Numbered from the stretch's first letter, positions 14,307 through 27,685 are shown. The stretch: 64,000 bases of DNA from Eledone cirrhosa (GCA_964016885.1 OZ024741.1:359476001-359540000), one strand, 5' to 3'. Numbers and translations are program-made. The notes: a model not told the origin generated them from the sequence alone.

Positions 14307-16468
14307 ATGGCTACGAAAAAGAATTTTCATAGGTCACTCCCACTCATTCCGTCTTCTTCTTCCTCAATCGTCACTACAGCAGAGAGAAGATTGTCTCTCT
14401 TCCTCCCTTCTCTAAATGTGTCTCTCTCCCTCCCTTCTCTAAATGTGTCTCTCTCCCTCCCTTCACTTTCGCAAGCGACGCCAGTAAAGAAAAATCACGT
14501 GCAAAGCGTGCAACATTTCTCCACGACGACGACGACAACGACGAAAAAGGTGTGCGGGAAATACTAAAACCCATTTCATTCGTCTGACGTCATGAATAAT
14601 AGCAGTAGCAGCCGTAATAACAGCAGCAGCAGCAGCAACAGTAACAAGGAAAACAACAGTAGCAGCCGCAACAGCATCATCAGCAGCATAAACAACAACA
14701 GCATTAGCAGCAACAGCAGCAGCAGCAACAACAACAACAACCACAGCAACAGCGGCGGCGGCAGTAGTCGTAGTATCTGCAGCAACAACAAAAGTAACAG
14801 CAGCTCTGACGACAACAACAACAACAACAACAACAGCAGCAAAGAAAAACCAATCTCGTTTGCAGGTATCGCAAAGAACCTGGAAACCATCCTCATAACA
14901 AATGAAGAATTACAGGAAGCGAAGAAGATGGTGACGAAAACCGGACACCGAGCAATCTGCAAGGCAGCCGAAAAAATTTTCGAAACCCAACAGCACTGTA
15001 CGGTCACGTACCGTACAGTAAGCAAAAAATCCCGTAGGGTTGAAAGAGCCACAGAGGCTCAAATACAAAAAGCCTTAGGGTCTGTGTGGCAGCGGAAAAC
15101 GCATATCACCTGAGGCAATAAATATGCCACCGTAGACGTGCTTTTTGCCACACCCCAGGAGGCAAAGGCTCAATCCTTAGTGACCCTAAGGAGCGAGGAG
15201 ATGGTGTTGGTGCCCTCCTACTGCGGGAAAAAAATTGTGAGGGTCAAACTGACCCACGTCCCCACCGGGATGGCCCCTTCTTGGCTGGTCGCGTCTGTCC
15301 TCGTCGGAATCGAGGACAAAACAACTGTACTGCAAGTACAGAAAAAAGTAAGAGAAGATTGGGGCGGCACCTCCATTGAGATGTTAATCCAAACCAACCA
15401 GGAGTGCATCGAAGCTATCCCGGATGTGATAGACTTCGATAACGGCACTCAACTGCCCATAAGTGTTGAGGGAAAACGCCCGAAATGCTTTCGCTGTGGA
15501 TCGAAGACTCACCTCAGGGCCTTCTGCAACGAGAAGACCTTGAGAAAGGAGAAAACCCCCCTCCTTCCGAAACCGGCCCCACGGCTACCAGCAACAGGAC
15601 AAGCGGAAACCAGGAGCGATAGGTCCGTGGCACCCATACCCACGCCACGGAAATCAAGAACAGCAGCAGCAGTGGAAGTATTAACAACAACAACAGTAAT
15701 ACCAAATGCAGCTGCAACAGAGACTCCACTACAAACATCACCAACAACAACAAGTGAAAGAGTGGAGCTGGTACTCCTCCCCGACCTCACAGAATCAGAC
15801 ATGGAGTGTGAGGTGTGAGAGGGATAGCAAAAAGTCGTAAGAAGGCACAAACGCAGAAGCAGCGCATCGTCGCCTTCGAAAAGGGAGGAAAGAAATGAAA
15901 AAGGGTAAAGGCTACTGCAAAGAGACTCACAGCAGCAACACCACCAACATCATCACCACCCATACTAGCACCACCATCACCATCGGCGACAACCCCACCG
16001 CCAACAACAACAACACCTTCAACACCACCACCACAAGCACCAACATCGCAAACACAACAACAAAACACACACACCCAGCAACAACGACAAGAAAATAGCA
16101 GAACCCCACCCCACCCCCAGAAAAACAAATGCACGGCAATAAATACACACAACAAGAAACTAATGACTTACATAATTGAACACACAGACATTTCACAGCA
16201 CGACTACATAATACCAGCACCAATCAAAACGCCAACGAACATAAGACTGGTAAAAATAACACAGAAATACACAAACATTAAAACGAAATTCCCCAACGCA
16301 GTTGGTGATTTCAGAGACCTAGGAGGGACTCTTAACCGGAGAGTATATTCGGACATACTCATAGAAGAGCCGACGACCAGCCGAAGGGACGATTCAACGG
16401 TCCCTTCACCAGACGATCAAGTGAAAAGCGATGGCGAAACCATCCTTCCTCTACGAAAAGTACGGTAA
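14307..16468 (+). pseudogene. LINE ORF1 (nucleic-acid-binding protein with CCHC knuckle), disrupted
   Basis: CFRCGSKTHLRAFC knuckle near 15486; N/S-rich tract from CAG/CAA repeats; in-frame TGA at 15111 plus frameshifts. Confidence 0.8.
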
Positions 16469-16503
16469 ATGGTCTTTCCCATCTTTTCCACTCCATTTTA
16501 AAC

Positions 16504-19500
16504 ATGACCTCACTCAGAATAGGCAGCATAAATGCGCGTGGCTTGGGGTCGTCATGGAAGCAGGGTCACATGCTCAACGACCTCAGGTCACTAAACATAG
16601 ATGTAGTGGCCATCAGCGAGACCAGAATCTCCGAAGCACGGGCCTTCGCACCGATCTTCGGCGGCCACGATGTGTACGCATCTCCCAGCCGTCCTGGATC
16701 GGGGGGAGGAGTTGCTGTGCTTTTTCGGAGAGGTTTGGATCTCGCCATACGGGCCATCTTCCTGGACCCAGAGGGTAAGTTGGTGGTGCTGGACGTGACC
16801 AGCGGAGACGGGCAAGCTTTCAGGCTAGTGGCCGTCTATGCCCCGACAGGAGCAGGGCGGCCTGATTTCTTCCGGCGTCTGGAGACCTTTCTTGGAACGT
16901 CCCGCTCTTTAGTGTTAGTGGGCGACTGGAACGGGGTCTTAGATGCACGCTGGGACTGTGTGGGATTAGCGGATAGGGGTGGAGGGTGCAAGAGCCTCAC
17001 CAACCTGCTCAGGCGTTTTGAACTGTCTGACAGGTACCGATTGGATTTCCCGAATGTGCCAATGTGGACTTGGACAAATCGTATAGGGTCATCCAGATCA
17101 TATCTAGATAGAGTATTTTGTAGGGAAATAGATAGGTATAGCATAGGCTGTCCACAATTCAAGATAGTCAGCTACACGGACCACAAATTCGTGATCTGTG
17201 TGCTTGACTTAGATAGGCTTCATAGACGAGGACCCGGCTACTGGAAGCTAAACGCGTCCTTACCAGCGCGCAAGACCTACAGAGACCGAACTAGTTAAGC
17301 GGGCGTTGACGGGGGCCATCGTTAACAACAAGTGGTGGTTTGCTCTGAAAAGAGCAATTAGAATAGAGTCCATTAGGTTTAGTAAGGCTTTAGCAATAGA
17401 GAAAAATAGAGCAGAGGGAGAACTAGTTAGAAAATTAGACGAGGCGCTTAGCAAAGGCATCGCGACCGACGTGCTTGCGGCGAAATTGGCCCTTGACCAA
17501 TTCTTCAATGCAAAGCACGAAGGCTGCGTTGTCAGAGCTAGGGTGCATGCTCTCAGACACGAGGGGACGAAAGCTGTTCAATGGGCCCGAGTGGCGGAGG
17601 CGCGTCGTGGCAACAAAGCCACGATCCGGTCTTTGGTGGACCACGACGGGCGCATGCTACTCGATCCCGGGCAAATGTGTGAAGCTTTTCAGCGACACTT
17701 CGCTCAGCTGTTCGGGGCCAGCGGTGGGCCGGGTCGAGGGATGGACTTTAGTGTCTACCTCGACGGACTGCCGCGGCTCTCGGCCACTGAGGCGGAGTGT
17801 TGCGAAGACCCGATAACAGCCGCTGAAGTACGGGAGGGAATGACTGGCTGCACAAGGGGTAAATCGCCTGATTTGGATGGTATGCCCTATGAACTTTACG
17901 TACAGATGCCAGACTTGTTCGGAGGCCTCTTGGCGGACGTCTACTGCAACTGGCAACAGAACAGGAGAATTCCCAGCTCTGTGAGCCGAGGAGCGGTGGC
18001 ACTGCTGAGAAAGGATCCGAACAAGGGGGATAACATAGACAATTTCAGGCCCATAACTCTGCTAAACACAGAGTTCAAGATTTTGGCCAAGGTGCCAGCA
18101 AAGAGGTTGGCGCTTGTCGTTGGTGGTCTGGTGGGAGAGGCGCAGACATGCGCCATTCCCGACTGACCCATCCACGACAACCTCCACCTCATGCGATACA
18201 TCGTAGAGAGGGTAGCTAGGGAACCTGGCACGGGTGGGTCCTTGATCAATTTAGATCAGTCGAAAGCTTTCGATAGGGTCGACCATCGTTACCTAGCGGC
18301 AGTCCTGAGGGCGGCTGGCTTTGGGCCCGTCTTCAGAGGCTGGATCGCTGCCATGCACAGCGACATCTGCTCTGTGGTGAGAGTGAACGGTCATCTTTCG
18401 GAACCGTTCAACATCATGCGCTCGGTCCGCCAAGGATGTCCCCTCTCGTCACTCTTCTACGTATTGACTCTCGAGCCATTACTGCACAAACTGGAGACGT
18501 TGAGGGGCGTCCCGCGCGAACTAGGATGCGGAAGATCCGTGTCAGTATATGCGGACGATGTCACCGTAGTGGTGTCGAACGCCAAACACATCGAGCCGAT
18601 CGGCACTACACTAAGAGAATACGAAGCGGTGACAGGAGCAATGATCAACCAGGAAAAGTCAGTGGTCCTGCAGCTCGGCACCTGGAGAGGCAGGTTCATG
18701 CCGTCCAACAGCGTCGTCGGACGCTGGACGGACGGACCGGTTAAATTGCTAGGGGTCTGGTTTGGTCCGGACCTCCAGACGGACAAAAACTGGGACGAGG
18801 TGACGAGCAGGGTGGCTTCTCTCACCCAAAAATGGGCGGAGAGGAAGCTATCCCTGAAAGGTCGAGCGGAGGTGGCTAACGCGTACATCGCGTCTGTCAT
18901 CTGCTACCGCCTGACCGTCGTACCTTGTCCTAAGCCCCGCCTGACTGCGCTGGAGCGTTTGCTCTTTCGCTTTTTGTGGAAGGGACACGCTCCGATGGTC
19001 AGGCGGTCCATCTGCTGTCAACACCCGTTACGTGGAGGGCTGGGCATGCCGTGGCTGATGATGCGCAGACACGCGCTCAGGCTACGACATCACCTCTTCC
19101 TCGACGGTGATCAGGTGTGGTCGCCGTTTGCTAGACACGTATTTCCCCAGCTCGTTTCCTTGACGGAGCTGCAATCCTCTGTCAAGCGAAGACCGAGAGG
19201 GAGCGCCTGGAGACTGGAATGTCTTCAGGCGCTCACAGCCCTCGACCAATCGGGCAATGTGATCGGTGGAAACTCCACCTCGGCGTTCTATAGAGGATTA
19301 GTGGAGGGTAGAGCAACGACGTACTTGGGGAAACTCTAGGCGTCGACGGAAATCAACTAGCCAATCTCTTCGGAAGAACTTTCGGGCCGGGACCTATGGA
19401 CAACTTCCAGAAATCTCTGGCCTGGCAGTGCTACCGAGGAGCCTTGCCAGTTCGGGATAAACTCTACAGGCATGGAGGTGCCGTCAACCGGGCATGTCCG

Positions 19501-19911
19501 AGATGCGCGCAGGGAGACGAAACCGTCCTGCACGTACTCGTCCAGTGTCCGAAAATTTCTGACTTGTGGGTTTATGTCGAACACCTGCTGTCGCGTGTAG
19601 GACGGATCCGGCTATCATCTGAGTCCATCGTGAGGTGTGCCCCGCCCTCCCCCTTTAGCCGGGAAGGGCAGGCAGTTTTTATCTGTCTGGTAGCCATGGC
19701 GAAAGAGATAGTATGGTGGACACGTTTGAAAGGCCTGAAGACGAGCACTTACCTCTTCGGTGATGCCCTGATTGACTTTTTCAAATTTCATTTGAAAAGG
19801 AAAATCAGAGTAGAGAGGGAAGTGCTCTCTTCCCAGCATTTTGTTGAAGGATAGGTGAGAGAAGCAAGAATGGCCCGAGTGAATGGGCCTACTCTGAGTA
19901 CGTATCTGTAA
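16504..19911 (+). pseudogene. LINE ORF2 (APE + RT + Cys/His knuckle), disrupted
   Basis: GSINARGL, SET, GDWN, SYLDR, TDH (APE); FRPITLLN, LDQSKAFDRV, RQGCPLS, YADD (RT). Stops or frameshifts near 17295, 18164, 19320 and 19852. Confidence 0.93.
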
Positions 19912-20084
19912 ATTAAAGGTGGAAAACTGGGAGAGGGCACTTGCCTTGGTGGTCAGGGTCACTGTGGCCTTTTACTGGGCTTTCTCCACAAATGTCCCTC
20001 CGAAGTCTCCCCCCTATTGGGGAATTTTTCATTGTTATTTTTTTGTTACATCCTCTGTTTTGGTTTTTTACACGCAGAAATGCC

Positions 20085-20521
20085 TTTGGGAAATTGGTAT
20101 CGGTGTACATGCAACATAATATAAAAGACAGTAAATACCGGTGTGTGTGTGTGGTAATAAAGTTTTTACTTCATGGAAGTCAAAAGGCATTAAATATAAG
20201 GTTTTGTTACCCGATGGTCATAATACAAGGCTGAAGTTGGTAGAAACATCTTAGGCTCTCATCTCAGGCTGCAAGCTGCATTGTGCTTGGTAACGAAAGG
20301 GTCGTCAAGAAGGAATCATCCCAAGCTAAGGTCGAGTGTGTTACCACTTCAGGAATCAGGAGGCGAGAGAGCGATTTCGTGGTAAACCGCTCCTTTTATA
20401 TCTGTTAACCGGAAGTGACCACCAGGGAGTCTGTCAATCCCAAAGGGAAGCAACTCCACCTACTTCCTGTCTAGAGAGCGGTGATGAGATTGTCATGGCA
20501 AGGGAGGCAACTCTTACTACA
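20085..20521 (-). repeat. 3' LTR (437 bp)
   Basis: Direct repeat of 25548-25982 with about six substitutions and a 2-bp (GT) indel. Purine-rich tract GGCGGGAGATAA lies just inside (20522-20533). Confidence 0.93.
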
Positions 20522-21139
20522 TTATCTCCCGCCAGATTTTTAAAACATAAAAATCGAAAGAAGCATGCATGGAGTAAGATGGCGAGCATGTATGAGGCAT
20601 GAAAACTATGGTACAGAGTAATGGAAGTAAGAGAAGAGGTCAAAAGTTCAAATATCTAAAATACAGTTAACATGTGTGCAGTCACATGACAGCAGTAAAG
20701 AATGTGTTCCAGAGAATGAATGCAGGTGGTTTCTGGTCTGTGGTATAACATGAAATGTCCAACTTCCGAAGGGAATTTCTCACAGGCAGAGTGCTGCAGA
20801 AATAAATTGTCTGGCTTGTTCTGCTGGTTTTAGTTGTTGATGAAGCTGTGTTGTTGTCGTTGATGTTGTGAATGCGTTGACCTGGAAGGGTCAAGAGGCC
20901 AGCGACCAGAGAAATAAGCATTCTTAATAAATGCGCGGTTTTCAACGGTAAATTTACGTGGTAAATTTATAAACCGGCAAATAGAAGAATATAGCTTAAA
21001 ATGTTCGTTGTAAAGGAAACGAAAAACATATATATACATCCAGTGAAATGGTAATGAGAGGTACATTGCAATACAATAAATCAATAAATAACAAGAACAG
21101 CAAAAAAAAATATATATATATAAGGCTCCAATGGCCAGT

Positions 21140-24100
21140 TCACATAAAAATAGTTTGGCAGAACTTTTTGGGCCAGTGGACTCTCCGACCGGAACGGGTC
21201 GTAGTCTTGTATGTAGGTGAATGTGGGGCAGAAGGAGCAGGTGTATGCACAAGAGAGAAAGATTGGGGTATTTGTGGCTCGGGTGTATGAGCGTCATTGT
21301 GTGCCCTTTTCAGTCTATCCACCGAAATTGTCTCTCTGGACCCCTTAACGTCTACGGTGAAATGTTTGTCAGTGCGTGCTAACACACGGTAGGGTCCAGA
21401 GTATGGTTGTGTGAGGGGTGGTCTCACAGCATCGTTCCTTACGAACACATGGGTCCACGAGGCAATGTCCCTCGGGACCGCAAGTTTTACAGTTTGCTTC
21501 CTCGTATCCATCGGCGGCAGGTCCTGTAAATAAGAACGCAGACGGGATACGTAGGAAAGCGGATCTTGGAAAGGAAGATCAACAGGGGCAAGCATTTGCC
21601 CAGGCAACGCTAGAGGAGCACCGTAAATTAATTCGGCCGGGGAGAACCCAAGGTCCTCCTTTATTGATGACCGAATTCCTAATATCACAATAGGAAGGTA
21701 CTCGCTCCAACGTTGAGAGTCTGGATAGGCGCGAAGAGTGGCCTTTAATTGGCGGTGCAATCGTTCCACGATTCCATTTGAAGCAGGATGATAGGCTGTG
21801 TTCCGAATCCGTTGAGCTCCAATTATTTTGGTGAGCTCAGAGAAGAGATGGGACTCGAATTGTCTACCGCGGTCTGTGGTGAGTGTAGTTGGTACCCCAA
21901 AGCAGGTAATCCACCCTGATACCAGGGCACGTGCTACAGTCTCAGCAGTCATGTCTTGTAAAGGGATGGCTTCAGGCCATCGCGAAAAACGATCGACACA
22001 CGTCAATATGTAGGAATATCCACTGCTGAATGGCCAAGGTCCAACGATGTCAATGTGGATGTGTTGGAACCGAGCATCTGGAGTGGTGAAAGTACCCAGT
22101 GGAGTCCGGATGTATCTATGGATCTTCGATTTCTGGCAAGCGATACAGGAACGCCACCAAGCAGCAATGTCGCGCCTCATATTTGGCCAGAAGAATCTGG
22201 CTGTTATGAGTTTAACTGTGGCAGCAGATCCTGGATGAGAAATATTGTGCAAAGCCAGGAACACAATTCGACGGTGAGTCTCAGGAACAAGTGGTCGTGG
22301 TGCATCAGTGGATACATCACATAGAATCTGCCTGTCGGTGGTGGACAAAGGCAGATATTTGAAAATGCAAGTCGCAAATTCAGTAGAAAGAGTGTCCAAC
22401 GATTGGAGTGCAGGTTGGTCTGCAGCTAAACGACCTAAGTCGATATCCTGGGATGACGAGATGGAGCTAATTGGCAAACGTGATAATGCGTCTGCAACTA
22501 TGTTGTGCGAGCCGGCAATGTGCTGGATATCGTTTGTAAATTGTGAAACGTAGTCCAGGTGCCTTGTCTCTCTGGGCGAATATCTGTCGGCTTTGGCCCT
22601 CAAAGCGAAGGTCAACGGTTTGTGGTCGGTAAAAACCGTAAAATTTCTCCCCTCAAGAATATGAGAGAAATGTTTCACCGACAGATATATGGCTAATAAT
22701 TCCCGCCCAAACGTGCTATAACGCGTTTCTGCTGGTTTCAACTTCCTCGAGAAAAATGCCAAAGGTTGTTGGTTTTCAGCGTAAGACTGCTGTAAAACTG
22801 CTCCCACAGCGGTATCAGATGCATCAACACAAAGCGAAAGCTTGGCCTCTGGCACCGGGTGGGCTAGCAAAGAAGAACTAGCGAGGGCTGTCTTGGCAGA
22901 CTGGAAGTCCTGAATCTGTCCTTGTGTCAAGGAAATGTCTTCATTCTTCTTACGACGATTTTTTAAAATGTCAGTAAGGGAAGATAGCCAATTAGCACAA
23001 TGAGGAATGAAACGCCTATAGAAATTGATTAGGCCTAAGAAGTGACGCAACTGGTGAAGTGTAGTAGGCGGCGGTAACTCCTGTATGGCTTGAACTCGCT
23101 GAGGGAGCGGCCTAATACCTTCGGCGTCGATGAGGTGGCCTAAAAAATGTAGGGAAGTGGAACCGAAAACACACTTTGCAGGATTCACGCGAACGCGGTA
23201 ATCCTGAAGTCGCCGAAGTAAGAGAAGCATGTGGCGCATATGCTCTTCCGGAGAGGAACTAGCGACGAGAATATCGTCTATGTAAGCATAGACGAAGTCC
23301 AGACCACGCGTGACCTCGTCTATGAACCGCTGAAAAGTGCTAGCGGCGTTCCTGAGTCCGAAAGGCATGGTCAAAAATTCGAATGATCCGAAAGGGATTG
23401 TAATCGCCGTTTTCGGAATATCCTCCTTCCTGACCGGAATTTGGTGGTAGGCTCGCACTAAATCTAACTAAGAAAAAATCTTACACCCCTGCAGTGAAGA
23501 TGCAAAATCGTGGAGATGGGGAATGGGATACCTATCCGGGACGGTCATGGCATTTAACCTCCTATAATCCCCCGTGGGTCTCCAGTCGCCGGAAGTCTTG
23601 GGAACCATGTGTAACGGTGAAGCCCAAGGACTCGTAGATGGGCGAATAATGCCCAGCTGCAGCATATGGTCGAGCTCGGACCGTGCTGCCTTTAATTTTT
23701 CCGTCGGTAAGCGGCGTGGACGCGAAAACACTGGGGCACCGGTGGTGGAAACGAAATGTTCGGTCGAGTGTGTTGGGTCAGTGACTCGAAAATTTCCATC
23801 CGTGAGCTCCGGGAAAGAACCCAGTAACGCATGGTAAGCGTCACCAGCGGCAGCGATAAAGAAGACGGGGCTGACTATTGGGGCATTGGCTTCCTGGCCA
23901 TGAATTGAAAAGCCGGTGATATTATCCACCAGGCGTTGGCCACGGACGTCCACAGTTAAAGAGAAGTTGTGGAGGAAATCCGCTCCTAAGATGGGATATG
24001 GCAAATCGGCAACCGTAAAAATCCACTTAAAATCCCTTCGAAGATTTAGGAATTTAAGAGGGAGCGAGATTTGCCCGTACGTCTTTATAGACGAGTGGTT

Positions 24101-24268
24101 AACTGCCTGCAGCGTAACAGATGACTCTATGGGGGTATTTTTCAGGCAATGGACCGGCCAGATACTACAGGAGGCTCCTGTATCCACGAGGAAACCTCTT
24201 CCGAATATTAGGTCCTTAACGAAGAAATTGCGGTTTGGTGGCTTTATGTTGAGGCCATCTGTCCCCAT
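21140..24268 (-). pseudogene. pol: Gypsy pol (protease, RT, RNase H, integrase) with one in-frame stop
   Basis: FLVDTGA and ILGADFL (PR); [19 protein letters not shown] (RT); DAS (RH); H-H-C-C, D-D-E and GPY (IN). TAG at 23468-23470 in KIFS*LDL, where Lys is expected. Confidence 0.92.
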
Positions 24269-24279
24269 CAGAGGACCTC

Positions 24280-25074
24280 TTATGCGTTTCCCGCCTTATG
24301 ATAGGAGCAAGGTTGCACGCAGTGCTTCGCGTTCTCAGCGAATCGCTCGTGGTACCAGCATAGGGATGAAGCTGGTGATTTGGAACGCCGTCTGAAACTT
24401 TGCGATCTCCCGCGACTGCGGGAGCGCGAACAGCCACCACACAAGGCCTTCATCTTGTGGAGCTCCATGGTGAGCTCCTGAATGGACCTTTGCATCGCAA
24501 TGATAGCCAAGCTATCTGTTGGTGCTGCCGCGTAGATCCCATGACCGTGTGTGGCCCGAGCTGGGTGTTGAACAGCGGCAAGGGGGTCGCTGTCTCTGGC
24601 ATTCGTCACCTCGAAAATTTTGTCCGCAGATGAGGTAAGCTGCTCAACCGTGCTTGAATCCCTCATGGCGGCCAAAATTGCCTGTACGTTTGTCGGCAGG
24701 CGCGAAAAGAACAACTGCTTCAGCAGGACAGTTTCCGCTGCAGACCCCTCCGTTAGGTCCTTCATTCGCCTAAGGAGGTTCGATGGGGTGCCATCCCCTA
24801 TATGCTCCAGATGGACCAGAGCCCTAAATCTCTTCTCTGAAGACTGTTCTGTTCGGCTGAGTATTTCAGCCTTCAGAGACGTGTACGACGAGTCTGTCGT
24901 TGCCTCTAACACGAGGTCCTTAACCGCTGGGAGAATTGCCGGCGGAATTGCGCTGAGGACCACAGAATGTTGTAGTTCCTCGTCAACTCTGTTCGCCCTG
25001 AAGAAAGCTTCTAACTGCGAGAACCATAGCCTTACGTCGCCCGTGTACGTTGGCAGAACAGAGTGGGAAGCCAT
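24280..25074 (-). CDS. gag: Gypsy gag
   Basis: 264-aa open ORF directly upstream of pol; LWFSQLEA motif, RSRSR tract and [18 protein letters not shown] (CHCC) motif. Confidence 0.88.
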   Translation of the reverse strand: MASHSVLPTYTGDVRLWFSQLEAFFRANRVDEELQHSVVLSAIPPAILPAVKDLVLEATTDSSYTSLKAEILSRTEQSSEKRFRALVHLEHIGDGTPSNLLRRMKDLTEGSAAETVLLKQLFFSRLPTNVQAILAAMRDSSTVEQLTSSADKIFEVTNARDSDPLAAVQHPARATHGHGIYAAAPTDSLAIIAMQRSIQELTMELHKMKALCGGCSRSRSRGRSQSFRRRSKSPASSLCWYHERFAENAKHCVQPCSYHKAGNA

Positions 25075-25528
25075 TGGTATGCCGTAGGCAATCTACCGTT
25101 TGGAAAAATGTCTCTAACGTAACAGAAAAGGAAAACTAAATTCTTTCGTCAGACCACTGGACCGGAAAAATAATGCATCCGGGACAATATGCGAACAAGC
25201 GATTACTTGAATGCTGTTATACTACGTTAAGTGCGAGGAATCTAAAAACTCAAAAAAAAAATCCAACATGGCGGACTATTTCGCGCCAAAAACACTATTG
25301 ATGGAGAAGAGAGACTCCATCTTGTCATCCTCAGAAATTTTTTAACCAGAGAAGCGAAAGGCAGAAAAGGAGAGAAAACAGAAGGCAAAAACATTTATAC
25401 AATTGCGGTTTGTCTGTGTGTCAATAATTGTAGGTGTTCCTTTTGTATTAAATTGTTATATTTTTCTCTTTTTTTTTTTATATCATATTAAATACACCGT
25501 ATACCATTTCCCATTCTTTTTTTTTTAA

Positions 25529-25546
25529 ATCACGTCGGGGTCACCA
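25529..25546 (-). promoter_or_regulatory. Primer-binding site complementary to the tRNA-Trp 3' end
   Basis: TGGTGACCCCGACGTGAT on the minus strand, 1 nt from the 5' LTR. Confidence 0.92.
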
Positions 25547-25547
25547 C

Positions 25548-25982
25548 TTTGGGAAATTGGTATCGGTGTACATGCAACATAATATAAAAGACAGTAAATA
25601 CCGGTGTGTGTGTGGTAATAAAGTTTTTACTTCATGGAAGTCAAAAGGCATTAATTATAAGGTTTTGTTACCCGATGGTCATAATACAAGGCTGAAGTTG
25701 GTAGAAACATCTTAGGCTCTCATCTCAGGCTGCAAGCTGCATTGTGCTTGGTAACGAAAGAGTCGTCAAGACGGAATCATCCCAAGCTAAGGTCGAGTGT
25801 GTTACCACTTCAGGAATCAGGAGGCGAGAGAGCGATTTCGTGGTAAACCGCTCCTTTTATATCTGTTGACCGGAAGTGACCACCAGGGAGTCTGTCAATC
25901 CCAAAGGGAAGCAACTCCACCTACTTCCTGCCTAGAGAGCGGTGATGAGATTGTCATGGCAAGGGAAGCAACTCTTACTACA
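25548..25982 (-). repeat. 5' LTR (435 bp)
   Basis: Direct repeat of 20085-20521; begins TGTAG on the minus strand. Confidence 0.93.
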
Positions 25983-26061
25983 TGCCCATTTGTACCGTCC
26001 TGTATTGTTCTGCACTGTCCTTAATGTCTACTTTATGTAAACCCTTGTGGTTAATAAAGAA

Positions 26062-26102
<41 letters not shown>

Positions 26103-26181
26103 TATAGGGAGAGAGAGAGGGTAGAACACTGGAAGGTAATATCCGTAGTGGAAGAGCACTCAGTCCATGGGACGAGTTTGG

Positions 26182-26330
26182 TAGAGGTAGTAACACAACA
26201 GTTAGTTCACCATACCGAGAACAATTGTTTCACCTTATGAGGATCTTTAACTCAGTCCGAGCTGAAGATCCGTATAAGGTGAAACAATTGTTTTCGGTAT
26301 GGTGAACTAACTATTGTGTTACTACTTCTA
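26182..26330. repeat. 149-bp palindrome made of two back-to-back hammerhead units
   Basis: TAGAGGTAGTAACACAACAGTTAGTTCACCATACCGAGAACAATTGTTTCACC... is the near-perfect reverse complement of the right arm; centre at ~26256. Confidence 0.88.
26257..26297 (+). ncRNA. Minimal type I hammerhead ribozyme
   Basis: CCGAG-CTGAAGA-TCCGTATAAGGT-GAAAC-AATT-GTT-TTCGG. Helix I is CCGAG/TTCGG; helix III region is palindromic (ACAATTGT). Confidence 0.75.
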
Positions 26331-26541
26331 TATATATATATAAAATACAATATGTTGAAAAGGTAACACACTAGAGAGAGAGAGGGGGGGGGAGAGATAG
26401 TGTGCCATCAATAAAACAGGGAAAACCACCAGTGTATGGAATCTATAACCTATGAAAGGCAGGGTAGACACACAATAATTAAAAATATAAATTAAAATGT
26501 ATATACGCACCTCTATAACTATATAACAAACGCGTACAAAT

Positions 26542-27362
26542 CCAAAGAGATCTATTCTCTCTAAAAATGAAAAGCAGACTGTATGATGCTTGCATACGAA
26601 CAGCTATGTTACATGGCAGTGAAACATGGGCATTGTGTGCAGAGGATCTGCGCAGACTGGAGAGGAACGAAGCATCCATGTTCCGCTGGATGTGTAATAG
26701 TAATATACGTGAACAGCAAAGCATAAATGAACTAAGTGAGAAATTAGGTATAAGAGGGATCAGATGCTGTTTACTCGAGAGAAGACTACGTTGGTATGGT
26801 CACGTGATGCGCATGAAAGACGACAGCTGTATAAAAAAGTGCAGGGCGATCAAAATTGACGGAAGTTACGGCGTAGGCAAACCCAGAAAAACCTGAGACG
26901 ATTTGATAAATTCCGACCTTACACACTTACACCTCTCTAAGACAATGTCGCTGGACCGAGATCTTTGGCGCTACGCAGTAATACAGAAAACCCGCCTTGC
27001 CTAAGTACAAAGTGAAACCTACAGTCAGTAGGCACCCCCACCCCCATCAACACCACCCCTTTCTCTGTAAAGTTATGTTGGTACCACAACATCCAGTCCT
27101 AAATAAATGAGGTCGTGTAGGTGTCACGACAAAAAAACACACAGTCCACGCTGTAATGTGGCCGTGTAGGTAACACAGTAAAAACCTCCCAGTCCACACT
27201 GTAAACGTGGTTGGTTTTAGGAAGGGCATCCAGCCGTAGAAAACCTGCCAGACAGTCCTATACGAGCGAGACAACCAATCTTGCCTCAAGTGGGACAATT
27301 CCTGTCTAAACCCATGCTAGCGTGGAAGATAGAAGTTAAACGACGATGATGATGATGATGAT
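26542..27362 (+). mobile_element. RTE-clade LINE 3' fragment with (GAT)n tail
   Basis: LHGSETWAL...RRLRWYGHVMRM...GKPRKT, then a 3'UTR ending in GATGATGAT; homologous to 62330-62733 (-). Confidence 0.88.
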
Positions 27363-27366
27363 ATAT

Positions 27367-27685
27367 CGTCCATATTACCATCTTAAACTTTGTTTACAGT
27401 AACCACACAGCCTGCTTCGTTTCTTGTAATTTTGTATTTACCGCTGTGACCCCCCCCCCTCCACCTGTTTTCCTCGATTTGTTGTCCCACCATGCTTTCA
27501 TATCAACTCTCTCCTTCTCTTTTCCTTTTCTCTCTCTCTTTCTCTCCCCCTCTCTCTCTATCCATCTGCTCATTTTCGACCTTATCTCACACTGCCGTAA
27601 ACCCCTTTTGTATTATCTCCCGTTCCCTTCTCCCTCTCACTTCCGGTTTCTCCGTCTATCTCTCTCTCTCTATCTACACTCGCTT
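27367..27685 (+). mobile_element. Left part of a Penelope pLTR-like remnant that continues at 33539-33928 after the LINE D insertion
   Basis: CGTCCATATTACCATCTTAAACTTTGTTTACA...TTGTAATTTT is repeated at ~33863-33929, where it follows a decayed CTGATGA motif (partial tandem typical of PLE ends). Confidence 0.5.

Larger units (their letters stand above)
20085..25982 (-). mobile_element. Ty3/Gypsy LTR retrotransposon, CsRn1-clade-like, near intact
   Basis: Paired LTRs; 4-bp TSD TGCC (20081-20084 / 25983-25986); tRNA-Trp PBS; CHCC-type gag; PR-RT-RH-IN domain order. Confidence 0.95.
14094..26085 (+). mobile_element. L1/Tx1-type LINE copy C, apparently full length; 3'UTR interrupted by a Gypsy element (20085-25982)
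   Basis: 5'UTR, ORF1 and ORF2 present. The 3'UTR resumes at 25987 (CATTTGTACCGTCC...AATAAAGAAATC(ATT)n), collinear with the tails of copies A and B. Confidence 0.92.

Noticed and set aside
14463-15052. Leu/Val/Ala-rich minus-strand ORFs resembling membrane proteins
   Set aside because: Antisense of the CAG/CAA repeats in LINE ORF1.
20522-21139. Possible env-like third ORF in the Gypsy element
   Set aside because: Only short, discontinuous ORFs with no recognisable motif.
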